DNA of 64,000 nt from an uncultured Rhodospirillales bacterium (GTDB lineage Bacteria; Pseudomonadota; Alphaproteobacteria; Rhodospirillales; JABHCV01), in assembly GCA_938092065.1 (NCBI GenBank), contig CALKND010000035.1:3128-67127 (forward strand), written 5' to 3'. Numbering within the stretch: position 1 is the first letter of the stretch; every line of letters starts with the position of its first letter. The position numbers were made by a program, and so were the translations under genes. Below are positions 54,726 through 64,000 of this stretch, piece by piece. The notes below the pieces were generated by a model, which saw only the letters and a list, made by a program, of their open reading frames with translations, made no database searches and was not told the origin of the DNA.

Positions 54726-55279
54726 ATGCTAAGCCAGAATTCAGTTTTCTGGTAAACTGTAACAAGTTACAGGACACTGGCAAAACCTTCGAGATTGAAG
54801 CTAACGTCCAAGAATGCCAGGCACTTGCCAAACGCTTCGACCTTTTAAGTCTGCATAGATTGAAGTTAAAGGCCTTTGTGTCACGCCAATCAGCTGATGT
54901 TGTTAAGTTGCAATGCAACTTCAGTGCTGTCTTCATGCAGAAATGTGTTGTTAGCCTTAAGCCATTGAAAAAAAACATTGATTGCAAATTCGAGCGAATA
55001 TATAGTTTAAAATTAATTGATTGTTTTGGTGACGAAAGCGAACCACAAGATGAATATATTCAAACTTTAGAAGATGTTCAAGATCCGCCTGATCCAATAA
55101 TTGATGGTTGTTTTAATCTTGGCGAATGTGTTGCGGAACAGCTATCATTAGAAATTGATCCTTTTCCACGCTCCGCTAATGTTAGTTTCGATGGATTTTC
55201 AAGTTCTCAGGGTGAGTGGAGTAATGAAAACAATACCAGTCCTTTTGCCGCTCTAGAACAGCTAAAAAGGAAATTATAA
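54722..55279 (+). CDS. yceD: YceD/DUF177 family protein (large-subunit rRNA accumulation protein)
   Basis: 185 aa acidic protein immediately upstream of rpmF-plsX-fabH, the conserved position of YceD. C-terminal LGECVAEQLSLEIDPFPR motif. ATGA overlap with the upstream gene. Confidence 0.8.
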   Translation: MNAKPEFSFLVNCNKLQDTGKTFEIEANVQECQALAKRFDLLSLHRLKLKAFVSRQSADVVKLQCNFSAVFMQKCVVSLKPLKKNIDCKFERIYSLKLIDCFGDESEPQDEYIQTLEDVQDPPDPIIDGCFNLGECVAEQLSLEIDPFPRSANVSFDGFSSSQGEWSNENNTSPFAALEQLKRKL

Positions 55280-55365
55280 AAATCTATTAACAAGCTTGCT
55301 CGTCTGGTTTTTATTCGCTAAGTAACACTATTTTGCATAATGAAGCGTAACTGAGAGTATTTAAT

Positions 55366-55551
55366 ATGGCCGTCCCAAAAAAGAAAATATCAAAATCGCG
55401 CCGCAATATGCGTCGTTCCCATGACGCTCTTAAGAACGCCACTTACGAGGAATGCTCAGAGTGCGGCGAACTAAAGCGTCCACATCATGTGTGCCCATCC
55501 TGCGGTCATTACAAAGGCCGTGAAGTCATGGAAGCCAGTGACGCAGCCTGA
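55366..55551 (+). CDS. rpmF: 50S ribosomal protein L32
   Basis: 61 aa. [19 protein letters not shown] and a zinc-ribbon [18 protein letters not shown]. Confidence 0.96.
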   Translation: MAVPKKKISKSRRNMRRSHDALKNATYEECSECGELKRPHHVCPSCGHYKGREVMEASDAA

Positions 55552-55588
55552 CACTGTTTAAAGTCAGAAAATCACGTAAGGACATTTC

Positions 55589-56632
55589 ATGATTAAGCGT
55601 GTAACGCTTTCAATTGATGCCATGGGTGGTGACAATGCTCCAGACATGGTTGTGGAAGGCATTGGGATCGCACTAAAGAGCTTGTCTGATGTTGACTTTC
55701 TTTTGTTCGGCAATGAAGATATTCTTGTCCCTCTTGTTAACAAAAATTCTTTCATTAAAAACGCTTGTGTTGTGAGACACGCAGAAGATGTGGTTTCAAA
55801 CCACGATAAAGCTGGGGCTGCGTTACGCTCCGGACGAAAATCAAGTATGCGCCTTGCCATTAATGCAGTAAGCAATGGGGAAGCGGCCGGCATTGTTTCT
55901 GCAGGAAACACTGGGGCCCTGATGGCAATGGCTAAATTTGTTTTAAAAACACTTCCCGGCATTGATCGTCCAGCCATTGCTTCTTATTTCCCAACGGAAC
56001 GTGGCCAAAGCATCATGCTTGACCTCGGTGCAAACGTAATTTGCGACGCAGAAAATTTAGTCCAATTCGCTGTTATGGGCGAGGTCTTTGCTCGGAATGT
56101 TCTTGGCCTAGCTCAACCAACCGTGGGCCTCTTAAATGTTGGCTCAGAGCAGCTAAAAGGACATGAATCAGTTCAGCTTGCCTTTAATGCCCTACAGAGC
56201 ATTGATCTTCCGATGAGATTTCACGGTTTTATTGAAGGAGATGACATTGCAAAAGGTACTGTAGATGTAATAGTTACCGATGGTTTTACTGGTAACATCG
56301 CTCTTAAAACTGCCGAAGGCACAGCAAAAATGTTCAGCACTTTTTTGAAGGAATGTTTGCTTAGTTCATTAACTTCAAAGTTAGGCGCTCTATTTGCTAA
56401 GCCTGCTTTAACAAAATTTCGTCGGCGCTTAGACCCAAGAAGTTACAATGGTGCTATGTTCCTTGGGCTTAATGGAATTTGTGTTAAAAGTCATGGTGGC
56501 ACAGATGGCCTTGGTTTTGCCAATGCTCTTGAGGTTGCTGTTGAATTAATAAGAGATGGCCTTAACGACGTTATAAAAGAGGACCTAGCTCACCTTGATG
56601 ATGCACCAAACGAAAACAAAGGCAAACCATGA
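55589..56632 (+). CDS. plsX: Phosphate acyltransferase PlsX
   Basis: 347 aa with [21 protein letters not shown] and [11 protein letters not shown] motifs. Confidence 0.95.
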   Translation: MIKRVTLSIDAMGGDNAPDMVVEGIGIALKSLSDVDFLLFGNEDILVPLVNKNSFIKNACVVRHAEDVVSNHDKAGAALRSGRKSSMRLAINAVSNGEAAGIVSAGNTGALMAMAKFVLKTLPGIDRPAIASYFPTERGQSIMLDLGANVICDAENLVQFAVMGEVFARNVLGLAQPTVGLLNVGSEQLKGHESVQLAFNALQSIDLPMRFHGFIEGDDIAKGTVDVIVTDGFTGNIALKTAEGTAKMFSTFLKECLLSSLTSKLGALFAKPALTKFRRRLDPRSYNGAMFLGLNGICVKSHGGTDGLGFANALEVAVELIRDGLNDVIKEDLAHLDDAPNENKGKP

Positions 56633-57588
56633 TCAAAAGATCACGAATTATTGGGACGGGTTCTTACCTACCTAAACGTATATTGACCAACGATGAACTT
56701 GCTATATCAGTAGAAACCTCTAACGACTGGATCGTTGAAAGAACTGGAATCCGCCAACGCCATATTGCTGCTGACGGTGAAACAACCGCAGACATAGCAT
56801 ATCAGAGTGCCATTAGCGCGCTTGAATCAGCTGATACCTCAATATCAGACATTGACCTTATTATTCTTGCTACAACAACTCCTGATAACACATTCCCATC
56901 AACGGCAACGAAAGTTCAAGCCATGCTTGGTATGAAACATGGTGCAGCTTTTGACATCCAGGCAGTTTGCTCAGGTTTTATCTACGCACTTGCTGTAGGT
57001 GATAATTTCATCAGGGCAGGACAAGCAAAACGAGTTCTTGTGATAGGAGCAGAAACTATCTCGCGTATCCTTGACTGGGAAGATCGTGCCACTTGTGTAC
57101 TATTTGGTGATGGCGGTGGAGCCGTGGTTATCGCGAAAGAAGAGGGGAGTAATGGAATACTCTCAACTCATTTACATTCCGATGGCCGTTACAGCAATCT
57201 TTTATATGTAGATGGTGGGCCTTCTACAACCCAATCTGTTGGCCATCTCCGAATGTCTGGAAAAGAAGTTTTTCGCCATGCAGTGGTTAACTTAGCCTCA
57301 GTCGTCGATGAAGCACTGGCTGCAAATTCTTACCAACGCTCTGATATCGACTGGCTTGTACCTCATCAGGCGAATCTGCGTATTCTCTCAGGAACTGCTC
57401 GCAAACTTGGCTTGAAAGAGGATCAGGTTGTTGTCACAGTTCAACGTCACGCAAATACATCAGCTGCATCCATCCCATTGGCCCTAGATGAAGCCGTTCG
57501 CGATGGACGTATTCAGGAAGGGCAACTGGTTTTGATGGAAGCCATGGGCGGCGGCTTCACTTGGGGAGCTGCACTAGTTCGCTGGTAG
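56629..57588 (+). CDS. fabH: 3-oxoacyl-ACP synthase III
   Basis: 319 aa. Catalytic Cys context [11 protein letters not shown], His in VPHQANLRI, Asn in [17 protein letters not shown] overlap with plsX. Confidence 0.95.
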   Translation: MIKRSRIIGTGSYLPKRILTNDELAISVETSNDWIVERTGIRQRHIAADGETTADIAYQSAISALESADTSISDIDLIILATTTPDNTFPSTATKVQAMLGMKHGAAFDIQAVCSGFIYALAVGDNFIRAGQAKRVLVIGAETISRILDWEDRATCVLFGDGGGAVVIAKEEGSNGILSTHLHSDGRYSNLLYVDGGPSTTQSVGHLRMSGKEVFRHAVVNLASVVDEALAANSYQRSDIDWLVPHQANLRILSGTARKLGLKEDQVVVTVQRHANTSAASIPLALDEAVRDGRIQEGQLVLMEAMGGGFTWGAALVRW

Positions 57589-57703
57589 GCTTGCGGATTT
57601 GATAAACCTTTTTTATTTGCTTGTTTCCAGCAAACCTTTAATATTGATTAATTTGTCCGGTAAAATAATCTTATTTGAATTTTTTGTTGCGGAAATCAGA
57701 TGA

Positions 57704-58015
57704 ATGTCTAACAGAACAATCACACGAGTACAATTAAGCGAAGCTGTTTATCAGGAAGTTGGTCTGTCGCGTAGTGAATCGGCGCATCTTCTTGAAACAG
57801 TTCTTACTCATATTTCAGAGGCACTTATTAGGGAAGAAACGGTAAAAATATCATCATTTGGAAGTTTTTCAGTCAGACAAAAAGGCCAGCGAATTGGACG
57901 CAACCCAAAAACTGGAGAAGATGTTCCTATTTTACCTCGTAAAGTCCTTGTCTTCAGGCCATCTCAGGTTTTAAAATCTCGAATTAACGGAAATAAGCCT
58001 GACACATTAGAATAA
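57704..58015 (+). CDS. ihfA: Integration host factor subunit alpha
   Basis: 103 aa. [29 protein letters not shown]...[37 protein letters not shown]. Confidence 0.93.
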   Translation: MSNRTITRVQLSEAVYQEVGLSRSESAHLLETVLTHISEALIREETVKISSFGSFSVRQKGQRIGRNPKTGEDVPILPRKVLVFRPSQVLKSRINGNKPDTLE

Positions 58016-58027
58016 AGTTACTTGAGC

Positions 58028-58399
58028 ATGGTTAAATCTAGTTACGCGTTCAAGAATATAAGTGAGGTTGCAGGAGAGCTCAACATACATCAGCATGTGT
58101 TACGTTTTTGGGAAACAAGATTTACCTCAATAAAACCTATAAAGCGTGGTGGTGGGCGTCGTTATTACCGCCCTGAAGATGTAGAGAATCTGCGCCGTAT
58201 TCAACGCTTGCTTTATGATGACGGTTACACCATCAAAGGAGTTCAAAAAATATTAAGAGAAGGAGGAAAATCACCAATGCAAAGAGTTGCCTCTGTTACT
58301 GAGGAAAAAAGATCATCTGAATTTGACAAAAAAACTCTTCTGAAACTGCAATCACTTCTTAGCGAGTTGGAAGAAATTCGCACTTTTTTTAAGTATTAA
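58028..58399 (+). CDS. MerR-family transcriptional regulator
   Basis: About 123 aa. ISEVAGELNIHQHVLRFWETRFTSIKPIKRGGGRRYYRPEDVENLRRIQRLLYDDGYTIKGVQ is a MerR HTH. The ihfA-merR pairing is common in alphaproteobacteria. The start is ATG 58028 or TTG 58022. Confidence 0.85.
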   Translation: MVKSSYAFKNISEVAGELNIHQHVLRFWETRFTSIKPIKRGGGRRYYRPEDVENLRRIQRLLYDDGYTIKGVQKILREGGKSPMQRVASVTEEKRSSEFDKKTLLKLQSLLSELEEIRTFFKY

Positions 58400-58780
58400 A
58401 AAAAACTAAGGGCACACTTTAATCTATAAATAGTTTAGCCCAAAGCCCTGTTATTAGGTGCAGGTTTTCAATTTCAGTAACCATCGCGCGTTCTACTTTT
58501 TATTGGAGTGGTCTTACAAAAATAGTGTTGATCACTCTTCTATCACCCAAAATCCTGAATATTGTTTGAGAGCCCTCAGGTGATGCTAATTTTTTAAATG
58601 CCAATATAGAAACAATGCAAATCCAAAGATCACTGGCAAAAAAATCAGTGGGCCAACACCATCAACTTCAACACCAGCATTTAAACCATGCGCCGCTACT
58701 GATGATATTATAGAGTAAAACACAATATTACTGTCCGAGCATTCAAATAATTCCCTCAGGTTATCATTAAATAGTTTTGA

Positions 58781-59110
58781 CTATGGAGAGAAATACATTT
58801 CCCGTGTGAAAAAAGTGTAATCACCCTCGAAGGTCATTAAAGCGATAAAACCAAAAATTGCTAACATTGGTATACCCAGAGCATAGATCAATGCCATTCG
58901 TTCCCAGGCTACATGCATGAAAACGGTTAGGATGAAACCAGCCTTCAGTAACATAAATAATATGATCAGAGACCATCGTAGATAGCCTTCTATATGATAA
59001 TAATCAACCATATAGGAAAAGATACTAAGTACAAATAACAGGGCCCAAACTTTAAAGTAGACCCCAAGCGGATGTTGTTGGCCACTGCTATGTGCATCTG
59101 ACTGTGACAT
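58781..59110 (-). CDS. Cytochrome c oxidase subunit IV-family small membrane protein (prokaryotic COX4 type)
   Basis: 109 aa with three helices. YFKVWALLFVLSIFSY and KAGFILTVFMHV resemble the COX4_pro/QoxD-like family. Last gene of the oxidase cluster. Confidence 0.75.
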   Translation of the reverse strand: MSQSDAHSSGQQHPLGVYFKVWALLFVLSIFSYMVDYYHIEGYLRWSLIILFMLLKAGFILTVFMHVAWERMALIYALGIPMLAIFGFIALMTFEGDYTFFTREMYFSP

Positions 59111-59121
59111 GATTTTTAATC

Positions 59122-59829
59122 CTACCAGAGATAGAAAAAAGCAAATATGAAAACCCAGACTAGATCAACAAAGTGCCAATAAAGCCCCATAGTTTCGACG
59201 ATCTCGTAGTTTCCTTTGCGACTGGTAAAAAAACCACGTGTTTGATTATCATATTCACCACGCCAAACTTTACGGCCAACTATCAAAAGAAATAAGACCC
59301 CAACAGAAACGTGGACGCCATGGAAACCAGTAATCATGAAAAAAGTAGATCCAAACTGCGCTGCACCAAATGGGTTTGACCAGGGTCGAACACCTTCTTC
59401 AACAATCAATTTTGTCCACTCAAAAGCCTGCATGCCGACAAATGAGGCTCCCAAAAGAGCTGTGATTAGTAGTAACAATGCTGTTTTTTTACGGTCTTTA
59501 CGATAACCAAAGTTCACTGCCATTACCATTGTTCCGCTACTCGTAATCAGTATAAAAGTCATAATAGCAATTAGAAGCAAAGGCACGGGTTGCCCCCCCA
59601 TAGATAGGGCAAATATTTCACTTGATGCAGGCCATGGCTCTGTCGCTCCTATACGCAGGGCCATATAACCAATCAGAAAACAGGCAAATATAAAGGTGTC
59701 ACTGAGCAGAAAAATCCACATCATGGCCTTGCCCCAAGGGACATTTTTAAAGGTCCGTTGATCAGAAGCCCAGTCTGCTGCAGCCGATTGCAGGCCAGTC
59801 ATGTTTTCTGTTGTTGTAGATGATGTCAT
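59122..59829 (-). CDS. coxP: Heme-copper oxidase subunit III-like protein (CoxP-like)
   Basis: 235 aa. ITGFHGVHVSVGVLFLL and the C-terminal YWHFVDLVWVFIFAFFYLW are classic subunit III signatures. The symbol is assigned by analogy with the coxMNOP arrangement. Confidence 0.8.
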   Translation of the reverse strand: MTSSTTTENMTGLQSAAADWASDQRTFKNVPWGKAMMWIFLLSDTFIFACFLIGYMALRIGATEPWPASSEIFALSMGGQPVPLLLIAIMTFILITSSGTMVMAVNFGYRKDRKKTALLLLITALLGASFVGMQAFEWTKLIVEEGVRPWSNPFGAAQFGSTFFMITGFHGVHVSVGVLFLLIVGRKVWRGEYDNQTRGFFTSRKGNYEIVETMGLYWHFVDLVWVFIFAFFYLW

Positions 59830-59847
59830 ACCATCAAAACTCCTCTG

Positions 59848-60465
59848 TCACGTGGTCAATAACAAAACAAAAATAATTAACCAAACAACTAATAAATAGT
59901 GCCAATAGATGGCACATAACTCGACACTCACTTTTATCTTTCTTAAGTCTACCCCAAGTTGGACCCTATATTGGGTCCGCATCCAGACAAACAGACCTCC
60001 GATCAAATGCAAAGCGTGTATGCCAGTAAGCAAATAGAAGAAAGCATTTGCAGGGTTATTTGAGACATAATAGCCCAATTCATACAACTGCAGGGAAGCT
60101 ATGGTTTGCCCGGACAGGAAGCCAAAGGTTAACAAGCCTGCGACAAGCAAGTTTTTTCGAATGCCAATAACTTTTGAAGCCTGAGCATGTTTACGCGCCC
60201 GATGAAAGGCTATGCTACTAAAGATAAGAATAGCCGTGTTGATCCACAAAATAGCTGGATCAGGTACTGGCACCCAATCGTTACCGAGCAAAATACGTCC
60301 ATTATAGGAAATCAACAAAAGCGTAAACAGACCAGTAATAGATGCCAAAAAAAACAGAAGTCCAACCTCGGTCGGAGTACGCAAAATACTTGGTCCAACT
60401 TTTAACACAGTTGCGCCGTTAGATTGAGGCCAAGGCTTTTCCCTTAATTGGCTCAGTATACTCAT
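59848..60465 (-). CDS. coxO: Second subunit III-like membrane protein (CoxO-like)
   Basis: 205 aa. LTGIHALHLIGGLFVWM and YWHYLLVVWLIIFVLLL make a divergent subunit III paralog lying between subunit I and the other subunit III gene. Confidence 0.75.
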   Translation of the reverse strand: MSILSQLREKPWPQSNGATVLKVGPSILRTPTEVGLLFFLASITGLFTLLLISYNGRILLGNDWVPVPDPAILWINTAILIFSSIAFHRARKHAQASKVIGIRKNLLVAGLLTFGFLSGQTIASLQLYELGYYVSNNPANAFFYLLTGIHALHLIGGLFVWMRTQYRVQLGVDLRKIKVSVELCAIYWHYLLVVWLIIFVLLLTT

Positions 60466-60476
60466 CCGTTTAAGCT

Positions 60477-62243
60477 CTATTCAGCAATAGGTTTGCGCGC
60501 CACTTTATCCGGGTGAATATTTTGCGGCACATAATCGTCTACATTTTCTGGTGCACCATATTCATAAGCCCAACGATAGACCACTGGCAGTTCATCGCCA
60601 AAATTACCGTGTCCAGGTGGAAATTCAGAAGTTTGCCATTCCAATGTCGTAGCCTTCCAGGGATTAACCTCAGACTTTTTGCCACTGAAAATACTCGTTA
60701 GAAGGTTGTAAATGAAGACTACCTGAGCAAACCCCACTATCAATACCATAATTGTAATAAAAGCGTTCAGATCTGCGGCCGATGGGGGCACAAACGTGGT
60801 CTCACCAATTTCATAGTAACGTCTGGGAACCCCGACAAAACCCAAATAGTGCATCGGAAAATAAATTAGATAAGCGCCAACGAAGGTAACCCAAAAATGA
60901 AATTGACCCATTGCATTGTTTAGCATCTTACCTGTTGCCAACGGGAACCAATGATAAATAGCCGCAAAAATGACAAAGATAGGCGCCACTCCCATAACCA
61001 TATGAAAGTGCGCTACCACAAACATTGTATCAGACAACGGAACGTCAACGGAGACATTGCCAAGAAATAGGCCAGTCACTCCACCATTTAGGAAAGTTAC
61101 AATAAAAGCAATACACCACAACATGGGAACGGTCATATGGATGTTGCCCTTCCACAGCGTTAGCGTCCAATTATAGAGCTTTAAGGCCGTTGGAATTGCA
61201 ATGATCAATGTCGTCGTTGCGAAAAAAAAGCCAAAGTAAGGGTTCATACCACTAACGTACATGTGGTGCGCCCAAACAATAAAGCTAAGGCCACCAATGG
61301 CAATAATAGCCCAAACCATCATGCGATAGCCGAAAATAGCTTTGCGAGCGTGAGTGCTAATCACGTCTGAAACGATTCCGAAAGCTGGCAATGCAACTAT
61401 GTAGACTTCGGGATGACCAAAGAACCAGAACAAATGCTGGAACAATACTGGGCTCCCACCTTCACGTGGTATAACTTCTCCCATTTCGTAAATCATTGGA
61501 ATAAAGAAGCTAGTATCAAGGATCCGATCAAATAGCATCATGATGCTTGCAACAAGAAGAGCAGGAAAGGCGAACAAGGCGAGAATTGTGGCAACAAAAA
61601 TTCCCCAAACAGTTAGTGGCATCATCATTAGGGTCATTCCACGGGCACGCGCCTGCAGAACAGTAACCGCGTAGTTCAGCCCCCCCATAGTAAACCCAAT
61701 AATAAAGAAAACCAGTGAGACTAACATAAGGATAATACCGCCATCACTGCCAGGCGTTCCCGACGTAATCGCTTGTGGTGGATATAACGTCCATCCAGCA
61801 CCTGTTGGGCCTCCAGGAACAAAAAAACTGGCAACTAAAATCAAAACAGATAATAGGTAAATCCAAAAGCTAAGCATATTGGCGTATGGGAACACCATGT
61901 CTCGAGCTCCGACCATTAATGGAATCATATAATTACCAAATCCACCGAGGAATAAAGCAGTTAGCAGATAAACAACCATAATCATGCCGTGTAAAGTTAC
62001 ATATTGGAGGTATTCAGATTCATCGATAAACGAGAATGTTTCAGGAAAGCCCAACTGCAAGCGCATCAACCATGACAGCACCAATCCTACAAGACCAATA
62101 AGGACGGCAGTTCCAGAATACTGGATAGCAATGACTTTAGCATCCTGGCTAAAAACATACTTTGTGATCCAACTTTTTGCATGATAAAGTTCAACTTCAG
62201 GTAGTTCTGCTGGTGGAATTACTACAGTTTCTGAGGCCATCAA
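60477..62243 (-). CDS. coxN: Cytochrome c oxidase subunit I (A-type heme-copper oxidase, CoxN-like)
   Basis: 588 aa. FWFFGHPEVYIV (CuB His and cross-link Tyr, Glu of the A-type motif), VWAHHMY (CuB His pair), VAHFHMV (heme ligands). Confidence 0.93.
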   Translation of the reverse strand: MMASETVVIPPAELPEVELYHAKSWITKYVFSQDAKVIAIQYSGTAVLIGLVGLVLSWLMRLQLGFPETFSFIDESEYLQYVTLHGMIMVVYLLTALFLGGFGNYMIPLMVGARDMVFPYANMLSFWIYLLSVLILVASFFVPGGPTGAGWTLYPPQAITSGTPGSDGGIILMLVSLVFFIIGFTMGGLNYAVTVLQARARGMTLMMMPLTVWGIFVATILALFAFPALLVASIMMLFDRILDTSFFIPMIYEMGEVIPREGGSPVLFQHLFWFFGHPEVYIVALPAFGIVSDVISTHARKAIFGYRMMVWAIIAIGGLSFIVWAHHMYVSGMNPYFGFFFATTTLIIAIPTALKLYNWTLTLWKGNIHMTVPMLWCIAFIVTFLNGGVTGLFLGNVSVDVPLSDTMFVVAHFHMVMGVAPIFVIFAAIYHWFPLATGKMLNNAMGQFHFWVTFVGAYLIYFPMHYLGFVGVPRRYYEIGETTFVPPSAADLNAFITIMVLIVGFAQVVFIYNLLTSIFSGKKSEVNPWKATTLEWQTSEFPPGHGNFGDELPVVYRWAYEYGAPENVDDYVPQNIHPDKVARKPIAE

Positions 62244-62292
62244 TTCATCCTCTTTTTGTAAGCTTTTCTGAGCATTAAAACGTGCTGTCTCA

Positions 62293-63162
62293 TCAGTCGT
62301 GCACGCTAAATAGGGCTTGTTTATCTTGAATTCTTGAGACTAATTTGACTTCGCTTTTAATCTTCTTGTTAAGCCCCGCCATAGATTGAGAAAAAGTTAT
62401 TTGTTCTTTCAGCCACTGTTCATAATCAGCAACATTTTCAACAACAACTATGCCCCGCATGCTGCTATGGCCAATACCACACAATTCTGCACAAAGAATG
62501 TCAAAGGTGTCCGCGCGGTTAGGAGTCAGCCAAATATATGTAATCATTCCGGGGACCATATCCATCTTTGCCCGAAATTGTGGTACGTAAAAATTGTGAA
62601 GCACATCAAACGCTCTCAAAAGAAATTTAATGGGCTTATCTGTTTGTAAGTGTAAGTCATCATCGATCAAAAGATCGTCCTGTCCTGCAGGATCATCTGG
62701 GTTTATCCCAAATGGGTTTTCGTCATTCATAAAACGAATATTGGTAGTTCCCAACACACCATCTTTCCCTGGGAGTCGAAAACCCCATTCCCACTGTTTA
62801 GCAACAACCTCAATTTCGGTCGCTTCATCAGGTGGAGTGATGTAATCGTTCCAAACAATTAAACCAGGTGTCAACAAACCGACAACGCCAAGCGCTGTCA
62901 GCCCTGACAACCATAATTCCAATTTATGGTTTTCTGGCTGATATTCTGAACGCCGTTGGGGATTGTACCTGAAGCGATATAAACAATATGCCATAAACAA
63001 AAGTACAACCACATACACGACACCAGTAATCCAAAACGTTATGTCTATAGTTGTGTCAATTGATCCCCAATTTGACGCGATAGGTGTGGACCACCACGGG
63101 CTGACCAAATGAAAAGCAACAGACCCAACCACTATCAAAACAAGCACGACAGCCATCAACAT
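62293..63162 (-). CDS. coxM: Cytochrome c oxidase subunit II (CuA type, CoxM-like)
   Basis: 289 aa with two N-terminal helices. CuA ligands are DVLHNFYVP and CAELCGIGHSSM. No CxxCH heme c motif, so it is not caa3-type. Confidence 0.9.
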   Translation of the reverse strand: MLMAVVLVLIVVGSVAFHLVSPWWSTPIASNWGSIDTTIDITFWITGVVYVVVLLFMAYCLYRFRYNPQRRSEYQPENHKLELWLSGLTALGVVGLLTPGLIVWNDYITPPDEATEIEVVAKQWEWGFRLPGKDGVLGTTNIRFMNDENPFGINPDDPAGQDDLLIDDDLHLQTDKPIKFLLRAFDVLHNFYVPQFRAKMDMVPGMITYIWLTPNRADTFDILCAELCGIGHSSMRGIVVVENVADYEQWLKEQITFSQSMAGLNKKIKSEVKLVSRIQDKQALFSVHD

Positions 63163-63517
63163 CTGTATACGCTCCCAACTTTAAACATACTAATTCGCCC
63201 CTCATGGGTTTTTAAATACAGACAGTCAGCGAAACGAAATGTTACTAATTTTTATTTTTTCGTATTTTGTTTGTTCTTTTTATTACAAGCTCTCTTTTTG
63301 GTTGCTTCTTAACTTCAATTAACACGAATAACAGGGCATGAAAAAACTTTATATTTTTAATATATTCTTTGTATATAAGTCAATTGCAATTTGAAATGCA
63401 GGGTGTATTGTAATGGTGATATCTAAGTCGCCCTGTAGTGACTTGCCCTACAACTAGAGTTATGTATGTCACTGTCAATGGGAGACCTTATAGATTGTCA
63501 GATAAGGAGTCTTGAAC

Positions 63518-64000
63518 GTGGCTTACGAACAATCCATCAACATCACCGACATAGAAACTAATTCTCTTAATGAAATAGTCATTCGGAATATTGGTAGAAC
63601 TGAACTCAAGTGTGCACTTATTAAGGGATTTTCTGATTTTATAACGATGCCAACGCACTTAGCATTCCTCTGTTTAATATACCCTGTTGTTACTTTGATT
63701 GCTGCTAGAATTTACGGTGGGTACGAGGTATTGCCACTCGTATTTCCAGTGCTGGCCGGTTACACTTTGATTGGACCACTGGTAGCGACCGGCATGTATG
63801 AATTGAGTCGCCGTCGTGAGCTGGGCATGGATATTTCAAGGCAGCATTTTTTCGAAGTTCTGCGGTCTCCATCTATTTGGTCAATTATCTTGCTGGGACT
63901 TTTGCTGACCACTATTTATTTTTTGTGGCTAGGAGCCGCTTGGGCAATTTTCAGTGATATGACTGGAGGTATGACGCCTGAATCGGTAAGTGCTTTTGTT
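63518..64000 (+). CDS. DUF2189-like integral membrane protein (5' part, runs off the right edge)
   Basis: Own translation from GTG 63518 (SD AAGGAG 63504-63509): VAYEQSINITDIETNSLNEIVIRNIGRTELKCALIKGFSDFITMPTHLAFLCLIYPVVTLIAARIYGGYEVLPLVFPVLAGYTLIGPLVATGMYELSRRRELG... The frame stays open to the window end. The LPLxFPLxxGFxLxGPxxAxGLYExSRRRE pattern is what I recall for DUF2189/COG5473 proteins, which often sit next to oxidase genes. Confidence 0.6.
   Translation, partial: MAYEQSINITDIETNSLNEIVIRNIGRTELKCALIKGFSDFITMPTHLAFLCLIYPVVTLIAARIYGGYEVLPLVFPVLAGYTLIGPLVATGMYELSRRRELGMDISRQHFFEVLRSPSIWSIILLGLLLTTIYFLWLGAAWAIFSDMTGGMTPESVSAFV

Noticed and set aside
55564-55977. 137-aa reverse-strand ORF, and similar antisense ORFs at 10037..10390, 3883..4209, 30954..31271 and 46813..47124
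   Set aside because: All are embedded antisense in strongly supported genes (plsX, nuoD, clpX, dnaE, glyA). None has a start context or a recognisable motif.
58781-58783. Programmed TAG read-through extending the subunit IV-like protein by 65 residues
   Set aside because: The frame is open, but there is no supporting context such as a pyrrolysine or suppressor signal or a known read-through motif. An independent micro-ORF, or simply non-coding sequence, is more parsimonious. It is kept only as the low-confidence micro-ORF finding.

Overview
This 64 kb window looks like a conserved core stretch of an AT-rich alphaproteobacterial chromosome (GC judged by eye, not computed). The lineage call rests on synteny: tRNA-Leu, tig, clpP, clpX, lon, hup, tRNA-Val, tRNA-Asp, then a compact nuoA-N operon with separate nuoC and nuoD, running on into birA, coaX and rnj. 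After that come tag, a short-type proS, lolCE/lolD, a small GIY-YIG gene, dnaE, mobA, an EamA transporter, parC and bpt. The only locus that looks accessory follows: a flavin reductase, a family III CoA-transferase and a dctPQM TRAP transporter. The rest is hemB, rpiB, glyA, nrdR, ribD, ribE, ribB(X), ribH, nusB, thiL, a FliL-like gene, bamE, a Cbp3-like chaperone, yceD, rpmF, plsX, fabH, ihfA, a MerR regulator, a coxMNOP-type alternative cytochrome c oxidase cluster with a subunit IV-like gene, and a partial DUF2189 gene. I found no IS elements, integrases, prophage genes, CRISPR arrays, toxin-antitoxin pairs or recognisable defence genes, and nothing I can defend as a new multi-gene system. 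The findings are modest: a malonyl-CoA decarboxylase relic with an in-frame TAG at the conserved Trp; a RibB fused to a degenerate GTP-cyclohydrolase-II domain; the transporter/CoA-transferase cassette of unknown substrate, with two RNA structures; an orphan FliL-like gene; the alternative oxidase cluster followed by a 380 nt feature-poor tail holding a possible 45-codon membrane micro-ORF; and a few promoter and operator candidates. Every homology statement comes from reading the translations and from remembered family signatures. No searches were run.
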